DNA from: an uncultured Alphaproteobacteria bacterium
GTDB lineage: Bacteria; Pseudomonadota; Alphaproteobacteria; Bin95
DNA: 64,000 nt
Assembly: GCA_938083135.1 (NCBI GenBank)
Contig: CALLKY010000066.1
Coordinates: 3,764-67,763 of the forward strand
Direction of reading: 5' to 3'
Of the stretch, positions 44,952 through 56,367 are shown one piece after another. The position numbers and the translations under genes are program-made. How positions within the stretch are numbered: position 1 is the first letter of the stretch; every line of letters begins with the position of its first letter. The notes beneath the pieces are model-generated. The model was not told the origin of the DNA. It ran no database searches and saw only the letters and a program-made list of their open reading frames with translations.

Positions 44952-47363
44952 CTAACCCCGCAGGCTGCCGCCCGTCGCATTTTCAACTGCCGCAACGACT
45001 TTAGCGGACAGTGCATCAATCTCCGCGTCCGTCAGCGTCGCGTCTTTCGGCTGGAAGGTGACGGCGATCGCAAGGGATTTTTTGCCCTCATCAACGCCCT
45101 TGCCTTGATACGCGTCAAAAGCCTGCACGTCCGTGATCATCTTTTTGTCGGACAGGCGCGCGGCGCGGACGGCATTCTCTGCCGGGATATCCGCATCAAC
45201 GAAGAATGCGAAGTCACGTTCAACTGGCAGCAATGCGTCTAGCTTCAGGAAGCTCCGCGTCTTGCCACTTGACTTGCGTTTTGGTTCGGGAACGGCGCTC
45301 AAGAATGCCTCGAACGCCACGACAGGAACGTCGATGTCGTAGGCGGCAAGCACAGCCGGATGGATTTCCCCAAAGCGCGCCAGCACGTTTTTGCCAAGCC
45401 GAATGTGGCCAGACCGCCCTGGATGTTGCCAAGGTTCAGCCGCAGCTTCCACAGGTGCCGTTTCGATCGGCGCGCCAGCAGCACCGAGCGCGGCCAACAC
45501 ATCTGATTTCGCATCAAACACATCAACGGCGCGCGCCGGCCCCGTCCAGTGGCGCGGCTTAGCGCTACCCCAACGGAGGCCCGCTGCCGACCAGTCTTGG
45601 CCGGTCTCGCTTGGGTCCCGGTATGTCGGGCCAACTTCGAACAATGCGCCATCACGCTGGGCACGGGCAAAGTTACGGGATGCAGCCGCCAGCAGGTTCG
45701 GAATGATAGATGGGCGCATGCAATCCAGATCAGCGCTGATCGGGTTGTCCAACAACAACGCATCATCGCCGCCGCCAAAGCGCTTGGCGTCTTCCTGCTT
45801 CAGGAAGGAGAATGTGACCGCTTCAACCATGTCCCGGCCCGCCAATGTGCGGCGCACACGGACGCGGCGCGCTTGGCCCAAATTCAACGCGGGCGCTGGC
45901 TGATTGGCTTTGCGCGGCAAGGGCGTTTCCGGGATCGTATCGAACCCGACAATGCGGGACACTTCTTCAACGAGATCCGCTTCGCCAACAATGTCTGGGC
46001 GCCACGAGGGCGGCGTCGTTTTGATACCATCGCCTGCGACTTCAGGCTGGAACCCGAGCGCCTGCAAAATACGGACCTGCTCACCTTCGGCAACATGAAT
46101 GCCAACCAACGTTTCAACCCGATTTGGGCGCAATGCCACGGACCGCCGCCATTCTGGCGCGGCACCCGCAACAACGGTCTCACTCGCTTCGCCGCCGCAT
46201 AGCTCCAGAATCATTGCCGTTGCAGCTTCAATGCCTGGAACCAGCGATTCTGGATCAACGCCGCGTTCAAAGCGGTAACGCGCATCTGAATGGATGCCCA
46301 GCTTCCGGCCAGTCGCCGCCGTGCGCAGCGGGTCAAACAGGGCGCATTCGACGAATACATCCGTCGTATCTTCGGTGCAGCCGGATAGCTCACCGCCCAT
46401 GATTCCGCCAAGCGCCTGCGGGCCCATGGCATCACATACAGCCGTCATGCCGGGCTGGAGTGTGTAGGTTTTGTTGTCGAGCGCAGGCATTTCCTCGCCG
46501 CCTTTGGCAAGACGCACGGTGATATCGCCCTGCAGCTTACCGGCGTCAAACACATGCAACGGGCGGGCTGCGTCCATCGTGAAGAAATTGGTGATATCAA
46601 CCAGCGCGGAGATCGGACGAAGACCAACCGCCATCAACCGGTCCTGCAGCCATTTCGGGCTTGGGCCGTTCTTAACGCCGCGAATGTAGCGGCCAGCGAA
46701 GGCTGGGCACGCATCCGCAGTATCCGCTTCAAAATCCAAGTGGACTTTGACGGGGCTTTCGAATTGGCCAGGAACGGGCGCGTCCCACCCAGTCATACGC
46801 TTGAGCGACCCGAGGCCCGCCGCCGCCAAATCTCGCGCAATGCCGCGCACACCGGCACAGTCGCCGCGATTGGGTGTCAGGCCAACTTCGATGATGGGGT
46901 CGTCCAGGCCCGCAATCTTGGCGAAAGGCGCACCGATGGGGCTATCCGCTGGCAGGTCTATGATGCCGTCATGTTCGTCTGAAATCTCAAGCTCACGCTC
47001 TGAACAGAGCATGCCTTCGGACGCAACGCCGCGAATTTCCGTTGGCTTCAGCACCATGTCGGAACCGGGGATATACGTGCCGGAGGGTGCGAACACGCCA
47101 ACCAACCCAGTCCTGGCATTCCGCGCGCCGCATACAACCTGCACTTCTTCCGTGCCGGTATCGACGATGCATACGCGCAAGCGGTCTGCATTCCGATGCT
47201 GCGTCGCGGAGATAACCCGGGCGACGGTAAAATCTGTCAGTTTCGAGCCGCGATCTGTGATGCCATCGACCTCAAGGCCGATCATCGTCAGTTTCGCCGA
47301 GATTTCTTCAAGCGATGCATCCGTATCCAGATGCTCTTTCAGCCAACCAAGGGTGAACTTCAT
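44952..47363 (-). CDS. pheT: phenylalanine--tRNA ligase beta subunit
   Basis: [37 protein letters not shown]. Confidence 0.98.
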   Translation of the reverse strand: MKFTLGWLKEHLDTDASLEEISAKLTMIGLEVDGITDRGSKLTDFTVARVISATQHRNADRLRVCIVDTGTEEVQVVCGARNARTGLVGVFAPSGTYIPGSDMVLKPTEIRGVASEGMLCSERELEISDEHDGIIDLPADSPIGAPFAKIAGLDDPIIEVGLTPNRGDCAGVRGIARDLAAAGLGSLKRMTGWDAPVPGQFESPVKVHLDFEADTADACPAFAGRYIRGVKNGPSPKWLQDRLMAVGLRPISALVDITNFFTMDAARPLHVFDAGKLQGDITVRLAKGGEEMPALDNKTYTLQPGMTAVCDAMGPQALGGIMGGELSGCTEDTTDVFVECALFDPLRTAATGRKLGIHSDARYRFERGVDPESLVPGIEAATAMILELCGGEASETVVAGAAPEWRRSVALRPNRVETLVGIHVAEGEQVRILQALGFQPEVAGDGIKTTPPSWRPDIVGEADLVEEVSRIVGFDTIPETPLPRKANQPAPALNLGQARRVRVRRTLAGRDMVEAVTFSFLKQEDAKRFGGGDDALLLDNPISADLDCMRPSIIPNLLAAASRNFARAQRDGALFEVGPTYRDPSETGQDWSAAGLRWGSAKPRHWTGPARAVDVFDAKSDVLAALGAAGAPIETAPVEAAAEPWQHPGRSGHIRLGKNVLARFGEIHPAVLAAYDIDVPVVAFEAFLSAVPEPKRKSSGKTRSFLKLDALLPVERDFAFFVDADIPAENAVRAARLSDKKMITDVQAFDAYQGKGVDEGKKSLAIAVTFQPKDATLTDAEIDALSAKVVAAVENATGGSLRG

Positions 47364-48439
47364 CGGTGCAGTCCCCCAAGCGCGCCCGGAATATCCAGGG
47401 ACGCGAAGCCATAATGGCGCATCCAACGCAGGTCTGAATCATAGAATGTACGAAGATCGGGGATGCCGTATTTCAGCATCGCAATCCGCTCAATACCCAT
47501 GCCGAACGCGAAGCCTTGGTACTTGGCCGGGTCCAGCCCGCAATTCTCGATAACCTTTGGGTGGACCATGCCGGAGCCTAAGATTTCCAGCCAATCATCA
47601 CCTGCGCCGATCTTCAACTCACCACTATCCCGCGTGCAGCCGATATCGACTTCTGCACTGGGTTCCGTGAATGGAAAGTGGCTATTGCGGAAGCGGACCG
47701 GAAGGTCATGCACTTCGAAATATGTGCGGCAAAACTCGATCAAGCAGCCTTTAAGGTGGCCCATATGGATCGCTTCATCGATCACCAAACCTTCGACCTG
47801 ATGGAACATTGGCGAATGGGTTGCGTCATGGTCTGAGCGGTAGGTGCGACCAGGCGCGATAATGCGGATGGGCGGCGCTTCGTTCATCATGGTGCGGATT
47901 TGGACGGGGCTGGTATGGGTCCGCAGCACCGGGCGATTCCCCTCAGCATCTGCACGGAGATAGAACGTGTCCATCTCCTGACGGGCCGGGTGTTCTTCCG
48001 GGATGTTAAGGGCTGTGAAATTCCGCCAGTCATTCTCCAAGTCTGGTCCTTCGGCCACGCGGAAGCCCATCTCGCCAAAGATCTGCACGATCTCATCAAT
48101 CGTCTGGCTGATGGGGTGGATGCGGCCTTCACTCTCCGGCCTGACCGGCAGGGTGACATCGACCCGTTCCGCTGCAAGCCGGGCATCAAGTGCGCCGGAT
48201 TGCAGGGTATCTTTACGGGCTGCAATCGCCGCTTCAACTGCCTGCTTAACGGCGTTGACGCTCTGGCCGAAGTCTTTGCGTTCCTCAGCCGGGAGAGCGC
48301 CGAGTTGCTTCATCAGCGCGCCGACGCGTCCCTTTTTGCCCACAGCTGCAACGCGCGCAGCCTCTAGGGTGTCCAGGGAATCGGCTGCGTCCACGCTGGC
48401 GATAAGCTCAGCGCGGACAGAGTCCAAATCAGTCGTCAT
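47360..48439 (-). CDS. pheS: phenylalanine--tRNA ligase alpha subunit
   Basis: [41 protein letters not shown]. Confidence 0.98.
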   Translation of the reverse strand: MTTDLDSVRAELIASVDAADSLDTLEAARVAAVGKKGRVGALMKQLGALPAEERKDFGQSVNAVKQAVEAAIAARKDTLQSGALDARLAAERVDVTLPVRPESEGRIHPISQTIDEIVQIFGEMGFRVAEGPDLENDWRNFTALNIPEEHPARQEMDTFYLRADAEGNRPVLRTHTSPVQIRTMMNEAPPIRIIAPGRTYRSDHDATHSPMFHQVEGLVIDEAIHMGHLKGCLIEFCRTYFEVHDLPVRFRNSHFPFTEPSAEVDIGCTRDSGELKIGAGDDWLEILGSGMVHPKVIENCGLDPAKYQGFAFGMGIERIAMLKYGIPDLRTFYDSDLRWMRHYGFASLDIPGALGGLHR

Positions 48440-48500
48440 GGTGCAGGGCCTTTTCAGGCACCGGCAGACTTAGGCGACAGCCGGCGCCGGTATGCGCAGG

Positions 48501-48857
48501 TTACGCGAGTGCGGCTTTAGCTTGGTCGACGATGGCTTTGAAGCCTGCATCGTCGGAATACGCCAGCTCGGCCAGAACCTTACGGTCCACTTCGATACCG
48601 GCTTTGTTCACGCCGTTCATAAACTGGCTATAGCTCATGTCATGGGCGCGGACAGCGGCGTTGATGCGCTGAATCCACAGAGCGCGGAAGTTCCGCTTCT
48701 TAACCCGACGGTCGCGATAGGCGTATTGCATCGCCTTTTCGACCCGCTCGAGCGCCAAGCGGTAGTTGTTATTCGACCGGCCGCGATAGCCTTTGGCGAG
48801 TTTGATAACTTTTTTATGACGTGCGCGGCTTGTGACGCCGCCTTTTACGCGGGACAT
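48501..48857 (-). CDS. rplT: 50S ribosomal protein L20
   Basis: [31 protein letters not shown]. Confidence 0.98.
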   Translation of the reverse strand: MSRVKGGVTSRARHKKVIKLAKGYRGRSNNNYRLALERVEKAMQYAYRDRRVKKRNFRALWIQRINAAVRAHDMSYSQFMNGVNKAGIEVDRKVLAELAYSDDAGFKAIVDQAKAALA

Positions 48858-48902
48858 ATCAGTATCTCCGGAATTCTAGAGTGTTGAAGCTATTCAGATC
48901 GC

Positions 48903-49103
48903 TTAGCGGTCATACGGCATGAACTGGCGGACGATTTTCGTATCGCCGTCAGACAAAAGCCGTGTGCCGCGCGCCTGGCGCCGCATCTTTACTGATTTGC
49001 TATCAAGGCAATGGCGCTTAAACGCGACGTTACGCTTGATCTTTCCGCTGGCCGTTCTGGAGAAGCGGCCTTTGATGCTGCTCTTGGTTTTGAGCTTGGG
49101 CAT
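48903..49103 (-). CDS. rpmI: 50S ribosomal protein L35
   Basis: MPKLKTKSS..RFSRTASGKIK; directly upstream of rplT. Confidence 0.97.
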   Translation of the reverse strand: MPKLKTKSSIKGRFSRTASGKIKRNVAFKRHCLDSKSVKMRRQARGTRLLSDGDTKIVRQFMPYDR

Positions 49104-49141
49104 TTTGTACCTCGCTATAGTCAATTTGTCTTATGGCGGAT

Positions 49142-49200
49142 CGCCGTTTTCGCGCAGCCCTGGCATGCCCTTCAAGCCAGGCCGCGCACATAGAACGGCG
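49142..49200 (-). promoter_or_regulatory. structured 5' leader hairpin of rpmI-rplT
   Basis: CGCCGUU/AACGGCG, GCGCGGC/GCUGCGC and CUGGC/GCCAG stems closing a UUGAAGGGCAU loop. Confidence 0.55.
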
Positions 49201-49201
49201 G

Positions 49202-49230
49202 GTTATACGGGGGTCCGCGCCGAAGGGCAA
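49202..49230 (-). promoter_or_regulatory. sigma70-type promoter of rpmI-rplT
   Basis: TTGCCC-N17-TATAAC on the minus strand. Confidence 0.65.
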
Positions 49231-49232
49231 GC

Positions 49233-50426
49233 TTAACGAACGGCGCGATTTGGCCGCAGCATCGCCTGGGCTACGAAAAGCGCTGGGATGGCGATGACAA
49301 TATACGCTACCAGATGCCCATCTAGTCGTAGCCCAATGCCGAAAATCAGTGGAAAGATGATTTGGCCAGCAGAGCCAAACGCCAATACGCCGCCGGTCAA
49401 CCGCCCTGCATGGCCGGGCGGCGCGAGGCGTGCCGCTTCCGATAGCAGGATGCCATGCCAGGACAGCACTGTCAGGCTGACAAAGCCTGAAACGCCAAGC
49501 AATTCCCACCATGACCACGTTTTGTCGAACCAACCCATCCATATGATGGCACCCGCCATCAGGACAGCCAAGAAAGCGAGCAAGTGGCGGGGTTTTACAT
49601 ATGTGCTGCCCAACCAGCCCCAGAAAATACGTGCTGGAACAGCAATCCCAACCGCAATGCCGAACAGCACGCCCGCATCATCCAATTTATAGCCAAGCTC
49701 TGTGAAATAGGTGATCGTGAAAGCCATAAAGACGGCCTGGATACCGACAAATACAAAGGCAGCGCCAGCGAGCAAACGCAGTTCTGTGGATGCCAATACT
49801 TCGCGGATTGTATTCGGAAAATCTGTCCAGCTAGGCTTGGCGTGGGGGTCTCTATCCTGGTCGAATTCCTTGCGGACAGGCTGCAATCCGGCACCAATAA
49901 GTAGGCAAACAACGGCAAGGGCCAGCAAAGCGAAGCGCCAACCCTGGTCATGGGCGAGCGGCGCCAGCACCAAACCGCTAATCGCCAAGCCCATGGGCAC
50001 ACCGGTTTGCTTAATCGAAAACACCAATGGCGCCCATTTCGGCGGTGCATACCGCTGCAATATCTGACTGCTTGCAGGGGTTGCGACCGTCGAGCCAGAG
50101 CTGTTCAGCAGCACCGCCAGCAAGAGCGGCCCGAGTGCCAGCCAAGGCTGCGCCAGAATTGCAGCCGCCGCCATGCCCGCCGCCATCAACACACATCCGA
50201 CCTGGCTGACCCTGAGTGCGCCCCACCGCCGGATGGCACCACCGCAGCCTGCCATCACTAATATGCCAACGGCAGCGTTAGCGGCCGTGAGCACCAGCAC
50301 GAATTCTGGATCAAACCCAAGTTCTTCCGACGCCGCCGGAAAAATAGCTGGCAGCCCAAGCTTCGCCGTCGTGGCGACGGTTTGCTGGATCAGCATGGCG
50401 GCGATGGCGACTATCAGGATGGGCAT
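49233..50426 (-). CDS. MFS transporter
   Basis: About 12 TM; FSIKQTGVPMG, RIFWGWLG motifs. Confidence 0.85.
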   Translation of the reverse strand: MPILIVAIAAMLIQQTVATTAKLGLPAIFPAASEELGFDPEFVLVLTAANAAVGILVMAGCGGAIRRWGALRVSQVGCVLMAAGMAAAAILAQPWLALGPLLLAVLLNSSGSTVATPASSQILQRYAPPKWAPLVFSIKQTGVPMGLAISGLVLAPLAHDQGWRFALLALAVVCLLIGAGLQPVRKEFDQDRDPHAKPSWTDFPNTIREVLASTELRLLAGAAFVFVGIQAVFMAFTITYFTELGYKLDDAGVLFGIAVGIAVPARIFWGWLGSTYVKPRHLLAFLAVLMAGAIIWMGWFDKTWSWWELLGVSGFVSLTVLSWHGILLSEAARLAPPGHAGRLTGGVLAFGSAGQIIFPLIFGIGLRLDGHLVAYIVIAIPALFVAQAMLRPNRAVR

Positions 50427-50488
50427 TGCGGCGGGACGGCCCTAACGGCATACAAAAGGCAGGACAAACGCCCCCAAGGAGCGATCAC

Positions 50489-51646
50489 ATGGCCGACTAT
50501 AAGACCTTTGGCTTCACAGACGAACAGGTCATGATCCGCGATAATGTGCTGGGTCTACTGAAGCGGGTGCTGCCGCAGTCCAAGATCGCCGAACTGGACG
50601 CCGCGAAACAGGAACCAGACGAAGCATTCCAAGCACTCGCCGCTGATGGGTGGCTGGCATTGCCCTTCGGTGAAGAATGGGGCGGTGCCAATGCTTCCAA
50701 TAAAGATATGGCAGTATTCATCGAGGCATTAGGCTACTGGCACTTCGGCATCCGCTCCGCCTACATGACGTCTGCCATCTATGGCGGCGGGCATTTGGCG
50801 CATCATGCGAACCCGGACGTCCGGGCTGAAATGCTACCAAAGCTGATCGAAGGCAAGCTGAAGATGGCGATTGCCTATTCGGAGCCAGAAAGCGGGTCAG
50901 ACGCAGCCGGAATCCGCACCCGCGCGGTTCGTGATGGGGATGGCTACAGGATAACGGGCCAAAAGATCTACATCACCAACGCCCATGTGGCGGATTATAT
51001 CGTTGTTTCCGTGAAGACAGACCCGGATGCCGGGCGGCGCGGCCTCTCGCTCATCATTGTGGACACGAAGGCGGAAGGCGTTGAAATTCGCCCCATGAAT
51101 TCGCTCGGCACGCTGACCAGTCGCCCGAATGAAGTATTTCTGGATAATGTTTATGCACCCAAAGAATATTTGCTGGGTGAAGAAGGCGGCGGGTGGCCCA
51201 TGCTCATGCGCGGCCTGAACCAGGAGCGTCTGCTGCTGGCAGCAAATGGCGGCGGTGCATCTTTGCGCTGTATTGATGTCGCAAGGGATTTTGCACGGGA
51301 CCGGGTCGCGTTTGGTTCGAAGATCGCAAAGTATCAGGCCGTCAGCCATAAATTCGCCGACATGCATAACCTGGCGGAAACGGCCCGCCTCGCCGTATTT
51401 CATGCCGCTGACATGTTGGATGCGGGCGAAGATGCCGTGATGGAAACCACCACCGCGAAGATCGTTTCGACGGACAATAATTACCGCGTCGCTGACCTCG
51501 CGATGCAGGTCATGGGGGGTGCCGGATATATAGAAGGTGAGATGCAACGCCTGTTCCGCGAAGCCCGTCTTGGTCCCATCGGCGGTGGATCGAATGAAGT
51601 ACTCAGAAATGTGATCGCGGGACGGATGGACCTTAACGCGTCATAA
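50489..51646 (+). CDS. acyl-CoA dehydrogenase family protein
   Basis: YSEPESGSD, GQKIYITN, ERL, MQVMGGAGY, IGGGSNEV; AAGGAG RBS. Confidence 0.92.
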   Translation: MADYKTFGFTDEQVMIRDNVLGLLKRVLPQSKIAELDAAKQEPDEAFQALAADGWLALPFGEEWGGANASNKDMAVFIEALGYWHFGIRSAYMTSAIYGGGHLAHHANPDVRAEMLPKLIEGKLKMAIAYSEPESGSDAAGIRTRAVRDGDGYRITGQKIYITNAHVADYIVVSVKTDPDAGRRGLSLIIVDTKAEGVEIRPMNSLGTLTSRPNEVFLDNVYAPKEYLLGEEGGGWPMLMRGLNQERLLLAANGGGASLRCIDVARDFARDRVAFGSKIAKYQAVSHKFADMHNLAETARLAVFHAADMLDAGEDAVMETTTAKIVSTDNNYRVADLAMQVMGGAGYIEGEMQRLFREARLGPIGGGSNEVLRNVIAGRMDLNAS

Positions 51647-51697
51647 ATCTATAAAGGGCCACAGTTTAGGCTTGAAAGTTCATGTGGAGGCCGTTCG

Positions 51698-52267
51698 TTG
51701 AGGCGTCGCTTGCTCATAGCGTCAGCGATTATCGCACTATCCCTGCCCGCCGTCCCGGCGCTGGCGGAGGATAAGCCTGACGATTCGCCTACCTTCATAA
51801 TGCAATATTTCGACAGCACCGATGAGAAGAAGCCGAACACGCTGCAACTTGAGCAATCGATTGGCAGCGTGAAGGTCGGTGCTTCCGCATCCTTCCAGAA
51901 GCCAGATTCTAGAAACGTCGCAGCCGGCGACGATGCTGAGAAGCTCGGTGTTGGCGTGCGCTTAGGTTTTGGCGGCTTCACGGTCGAAGGCGCTTATGAA
52001 GGCGCTGAGGGCGAGAACACCGGACCAAAGAAAAGCTACGGTGCCAGTGTCGGCTATTCCGGTGGGCCATTTTCCGCGACCGTTGGCTACGTCTATGACC
52101 AAGATATCGCAGCCGGCAAAGAAAAGGACGCGCTGGAAGTTGGCGCGACCTACCGGCTAAGCCCTGGCATAGCGGCCCATGGCAGCCTTCAGTACAGTGA
52201 GCAAGGCTCCGCTACTGAAAAGACAGACGGCGTGGCCGTAACCGGCGGCATCGCATTGTCATTCTGA
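51698..52267 (+). CDS. short porin-like outer-membrane beta-barrel protein
   Basis: Signal peptide ALA|E; about 10 amphipathic beta-strands (e.g. YRLSPGIAAHGSLQY); C-terminal Phe. Confidence 0.75.
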   Translation: MRRRLLIASAIIALSLPAVPALAEDKPDDSPTFIMQYFDSTDEKKPNTLQLEQSIGSVKVGASASFQKPDSRNVAAGDDAEKLGVGVRLGFGGFTVEGAYEGAEGENTGPKKSYGASVGYSGGPFSATVGYVYDQDIAAGKEKDALEVGATYRLSPGIAAHGSLQYSEQGSATEKTDGVAVTGGIALSF

Positions 52268-52301
52268 TACTGGGAACAGGCCGCATAGTTGAGGCCACCC
52301 C

Positions 52302-53333
52302 ATGCGTATCGAACTGCATCTCCCCAATACTGATCTTCTAGCGGCACAATCAACAGCCATAGCTGCAGAGCAAGCTGGATTCGACAGCGTCGTAGCGCTG
52401 GAGAACGCGCACGGGCCATTCCCGCCGCTCGCGGTTGCCGCATTGGCGACGAAACGGGTGGAGATCGGCACGGCCGTCGCCATCGCCTTTCCTCGTAGCC
52501 CGACAATCATGGCCCATGCCGCATGGGATTTGCACAAAGCCTCAAATGGGCGAATGCATCTTGGCATTGGCTCCCAAGTCAAAGGTCATAATGAACGCCG
52601 ATACGGCCTAGAATGGACCCCGCCAGCACCGCGCATGCGAGACTATATCGGCGCGCTCAGAGCGCTTTGGCAGGCATGGGAAACAGAGACCCCGATTGAC
52701 TATCACTCTGACGCCTACACGCTGACGCTGACGACGCCCAATTTCTCGCCGAAGCCATCAGGCCTGCCAGCAATTCCTATATCCATGTCCGCCGTTGGTC
52801 CTGCCATGCTGAGTGTTGCCGGGGAAGTCGCTGACGGCGTTCGGCTGCATCCGTTCAGCACGCGGCGCTATCTGGAAGACGTATCGCTTGAACGCATTGG
52901 CGCTGGGCTTGCGAAGACTGGGCGCGAACGGTCAGACATTGAAGTCATCTCCGGCGCATTCATCGCCACGGGCGCAGATGAAGCCGCAGTCATGAAAATG
53001 CGCGAATATGTGCGCTTCCGCATCGCTTTCTATTGCTCGACCCGCGCTTACTGGAACGTTCTGCGCCTGCATGGACTGGAAGAACTGGGTGAGCGCCTCC
53101 GCCCCTACCCAGCGCAGAACCGTTGGGATGAAATGGCGGCGCTAATCCCCGATAACATCGTGGACCTTTTCGCAATCGTCGGAACCCATGAAGAATTGGC
53201 AGCAAAGGCCGCCGCCAAATATGAAGGCTTAGCGGACCGTCTTTCGCTCTTCATGCCAACAGATACAGCACCCGGGCCGTTGGGTGACGTCATCCAAGAC
53301 TTACAGCGTATCCCAACCCGGTTTGCAGGCTGA
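52302..53333 (+). CDS. LLM-class F420-dependent oxidoreductase (MSMEG_2256-like family)
   Basis: ENAHGPF, AIAFPRSP, AWDL, GIGSQVKGHNERRYG, AVGPAM, IAFYCST. Confidence 0.85.
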   Translation: MRIELHLPNTDLLAAQSTAIAAEQAGFDSVVALENAHGPFPPLAVAALATKRVEIGTAVAIAFPRSPTIMAHAAWDLHKASNGRMHLGIGSQVKGHNERRYGLEWTPPAPRMRDYIGALRALWQAWETETPIDYHSDAYTLTLTTPNFSPKPSGLPAIPISMSAVGPAMLSVAGEVADGVRLHPFSTRRYLEDVSLERIGAGLAKTGRERSDIEVISGAFIATGADEAAVMKMREYVRFRIAFYCSTRAYWNVLRLHGLEELGERLRPYPAQNRWDEMAALIPDNIVDLFAIVGTHEELAAKAAAKYEGLADRLSLFMPTDTAPGPLGDVIQDLQRIPTRFAG

Positions 53334-53334
53334 T

Positions 53335-55593
53335 TTAGACGTCAGAATCAACGCCAAACTTCGGCGGTTTCGGGAAGCCGAATGGTGGCGGCGTTCCGGC
53401 GGACGCGCGCTTGCCTTGCCATGCGGCCAAGTCCGTTTCATGGCGCGTTCTGTCACCGGCGGCAGACCACTTCAGGCCGTCTTCTAGCTTGAATGCGATA
53501 GCGTCTGCCAATCCGCCGCCTTTATAGCGCTGTAAAATAACGCCTTTGCCGCGGCCCATTTCGGGCAAGTCGTCGGTCGAGAAGATCAGCAAGCGACGGT
53601 TTTCGCCAACGACAGCGATAGAATCCGCATCTGCCGGCACCGGATACATAATCGCTGCTTTTGCAGGCGCGGTTACGTTGAGTACCTGCCGCCCAGCGCG
53701 CGTTTGTGCGGATAGGCCGGCAGCAGGTGCAAGGAACCCGCGCCCGTCACTGGTCGCCATCAGCATTTTACCTTCAGCGGGCGCAATCATCAGGGCCACG
53801 ATCTCTGCGTCCGCCGCGATATCTGCGGCAAGGCGGATTGGTTCGCCAGCACCACGTCCGCCGGGCAGCTTATCGCCCTCCAGCGTGTAGACCCGCCCAT
53901 CACTTGCGAGGGCAAGCAGGCGGTCCGTCGTTTGAGCATGGAACCGGAAGCGCTCCTCGTCGCCCTCGCGGTATTTGATCTCTGCATCTGGCGCCAAATG
54001 GCCTTTCATGCCGCGCAGCCAGCCTTCCTTAGAGCACACGACTGTTATCGGCTCGCGCTCTACGTCCGCGGCGCGCGGCACCTCTACATCTGCCGGAGGC
54101 CCCTGAATGCCGGTGCGGCGACGGCCAAGGGCGGTATCCTTGCCGAAGACTTTGCGCATCTCACGAACTTCAGCGCCGACCCGCCGCCATTGCTTCGCCT
54201 CATCGCCGACAAGGTCTGTAAGCTCAGCCTGTTCAGCTTCAAGGCCGCCAATTTCCTTCTTAATCTCCAGCTCTTCCAAGCGGCGGAGGGAGCGCAGACG
54301 CATGTTGAGGATGGCATCCGCCTGGGTTTCGTTCAATTCGAACGTCGCCATCAGGGAAGCCCTTGGATTGTCCTCCTCACGGACGATGCGGATCACTTCG
54401 TCCAAATTCAGATAGACGATCATGTAGCCAGCGAGAATTTCCAGCCGGTGCGCGATCGCAGCAAGGCGGAAGCGGCTGCGGCGCAGCAGAACTTCCTGGC
54501 GGTGATCCAGGAATATGCGCAGCAAATCCTTGAGCGACATAACGCGCGGGCTGCCTTCGCCATCAAGCGCATTCATATTGATGCCGACCCGGGATTCCAG
54601 GTCCGTCAGCTTGAATAGCTGCTCCATCATTGTTTTTGGATCAACCGTGCGGGCGCGTGGCGTCAGAACGATCCGCACGTCCTCTGCCGATTCATCCTGG
54701 ATGTCGCCCAGCAGGAACAGCTTCTTTTCTTCCAGCAGCGTCGCCGTTTTCTCAATCAACCGGCTTTTGGAAACCTGATAGGGAATTTCCGTGACGATGA
54801 TCTGCCATTGGCCCCGGGGCAGCTCTTCTTTTTCCCAGCGCGCGCGCAGCCGGAACGAGCCCCGGCCGGTCCGATAAGCTTCAGCAATGGTCTCCGGCGC
54901 TTCACAGAGCAGCCCGCCAGTGGGGAAATCTGGCCCTGGCACCAGTTCCAGCAGCTCATCGGTTGTCGTGGAACGTTTCTTGATCAGCAGCAGCAAGGCT
55001 TCACACAGCTCATCCACGTTATGCGGCGGGATATTCGTCGCCATGCCGACAGCGATGCCTTGAGCGCCGTTCGCCAGCAGGTTTGGGAAGGCCGATGGCA
55101 GAACAGTGGGCTCCCGCCCCTCCCCGTCATAGGTCTCACGGAAATCAACGGCGTCTTCCTGGATGCCGTCCAGCAGCGCTTCTGCGACAGCGGTTAGCCG
55201 TGCTTCGGTGTACCGCATGGCGGCAGGATTATCGCCGTCGATATTGCCGAAATTGCCCTGACCATCAACCAGCGGATACCGCACGGCGAAATCCTGGGCG
55301 AGCCGGGCCATGGCGTCATAAATCGCGCCATCGCCGTGGGGGTGATATTTACCCATGACGTCGCCAACGACACGGGCGCACTTTTTAAAGGCCGCAGCAG
55401 GGTTCAGGCCAAGCTCCCGCATGGCAAAGACGAGCCTGCGATGGACAGGCTTCAAACCGTCCCGAGCGTCTGGCAAGGACCGTGATGTGATGGTGGAAAG
55501 CGCATAGGCCAGATAACGCTCTGATAGCGCGCGTGAAAACGGCTCGGGGCGAATATCGCCAGAGTCAGGCTGGTCAGGCGTCAGATCGTTCAT
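53335..55593 (-). CDS. parC: DNA topoisomerase IV subunit A
   Basis: [25 protein letters not shown]; no GyrA box; alphaproteobacterial ParC-type C-terminus. Confidence 0.96.
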   Translation of the reverse strand: MNDLTPDQPDSGDIRPEPFSRALSERYLAYALSTITSRSLPDARDGLKPVHRRLVFAMRELGLNPAAAFKKCARVVGDVMGKYHPHGDGAIYDAMARLAQDFAVRYPLVDGQGNFGNIDGDNPAAMRYTEARLTAVAEALLDGIQEDAVDFRETYDGEGREPTVLPSAFPNLLANGAQGIAVGMATNIPPHNVDELCEALLLLIKKRSTTTDELLELVPGPDFPTGGLLCEAPETIAEAYRTGRGSFRLRARWEKEELPRGQWQIIVTEIPYQVSKSRLIEKTATLLEEKKLFLLGDIQDESAEDVRIVLTPRARTVDPKTMMEQLFKLTDLESRVGINMNALDGEGSPRVMSLKDLLRIFLDHRQEVLLRRSRFRLAAIAHRLEILAGYMIVYLNLDEVIRIVREEDNPRASLMATFELNETQADAILNMRLRSLRRLEELEIKKEIGGLEAEQAELTDLVGDEAKQWRRVGAEVREMRKVFGKDTALGRRRTGIQGPPADVEVPRAADVEREPITVVCSKEGWLRGMKGHLAPDAEIKYREGDEERFRFHAQTTDRLLALASDGRVYTLEGDKLPGGRGAGEPIRLAADIAADAEIVALMIAPAEGKMLMATSDGRGFLAPAAGLSAQTRAGRQVLNVTAPAKAAIMYPVPADADSIAVVGENRRLLIFSTDDLPEMGRGKGVILQRYKGGGLADAIAFKLEDGLKWSAAGDRTRHETDLAAWQGKRASAGTPPPFGFPKPPKFGVDSDV

Positions 55594-55621
55594 GGGGCAT
55601 TCCGGCGGCGGGCTGGAGAAT

Positions 55622-56356
55622 TCAGGTCTCTATATCAGATTCGCGGTACATATCGGCAAGGCGCAGGCGCGCGGGTGGCATGTCCTTGTGGATAGCCCCC
55701 AAAACATCCCGCGCCAGGAAGTGTCCTGTTAGCGTCAATCCAGCTGCGATATCCGAATCTTCCAAGGCTGGCTCGCCCCGCAGAAAGCCCGGCAGCGGCA
55801 GCATTCTGTCCTTGTAAGCCTCACCGGCTGCCGCACATACCGCGCGGCCTGTGCGGGGTGAAACATAGATCAGGTCTTCGGTAACGCCTGTTGCTGCGCA
55901 GGATGTAAGGTTCAGCGAAAATCCTAAATCCGCCAGCAACCCAATTTCCCAACGGACATAAGCTGCAGGCCAGAATTCATGTTCGAGTGACGCCAAGAAT
56001 GCTTCCATGCCGGCAGCAACGCCAGGATGCGATTCCCGCTCTGGCAGCACGGTTTCGGCCAGTGCGGCAGCGGACGAGAGCCCAGCTAAGCGGCGCTTGT
56101 CGTCGAGCCAAAGGGCAGCATGGTCTTTGACCGGCTCCAAGGTCCAGGCGCCAAGCTGATCTCCCAGCCGCGCCCGCCAAACCAGATCCGCTTCCACACC
56201 CGTCTGCAACACATAGCCGCCGCGCCTGCGTTTCGAGGTCCATCGCGCAAGGCCGGCATGCAGGCCGTGTTCACGGGTAAGCGCCCGCATGACGAGCCCG
56301 TCTTCGCCGAAAGGTCGGACGGAGAGGACAACGCCATGGTCGCGCCAATCAGCCAT
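55622..56356 (-). CDS. recO: DNA repair protein RecO
   Basis: [26 protein letters not shown]...[10 protein letters not shown]. Confidence 0.95.
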   Translation of the reverse strand: MADWRDHGVVLSVRPFGEDGLVMRALTREHGLHAGLARWTSKRRRGGYVLQTGVEADLVWRARLGDQLGAWTLEPVKDHAALWLDDKRRLAGLSSAAALAETVLPERESHPGVAAGMEAFLASLEHEFWPAAYVRWEIGLLADLGFSLNLTSCAATGVTEDLIYVSPRTGRAVCAAAGEAYKDRMLPLPGFLRGEPALEDSDIAAGLTLTGHFLARDVLGAIHKDMPPARLRLADMYRESDIET

Positions 56357-56367
56357 GGCTCAATCCG

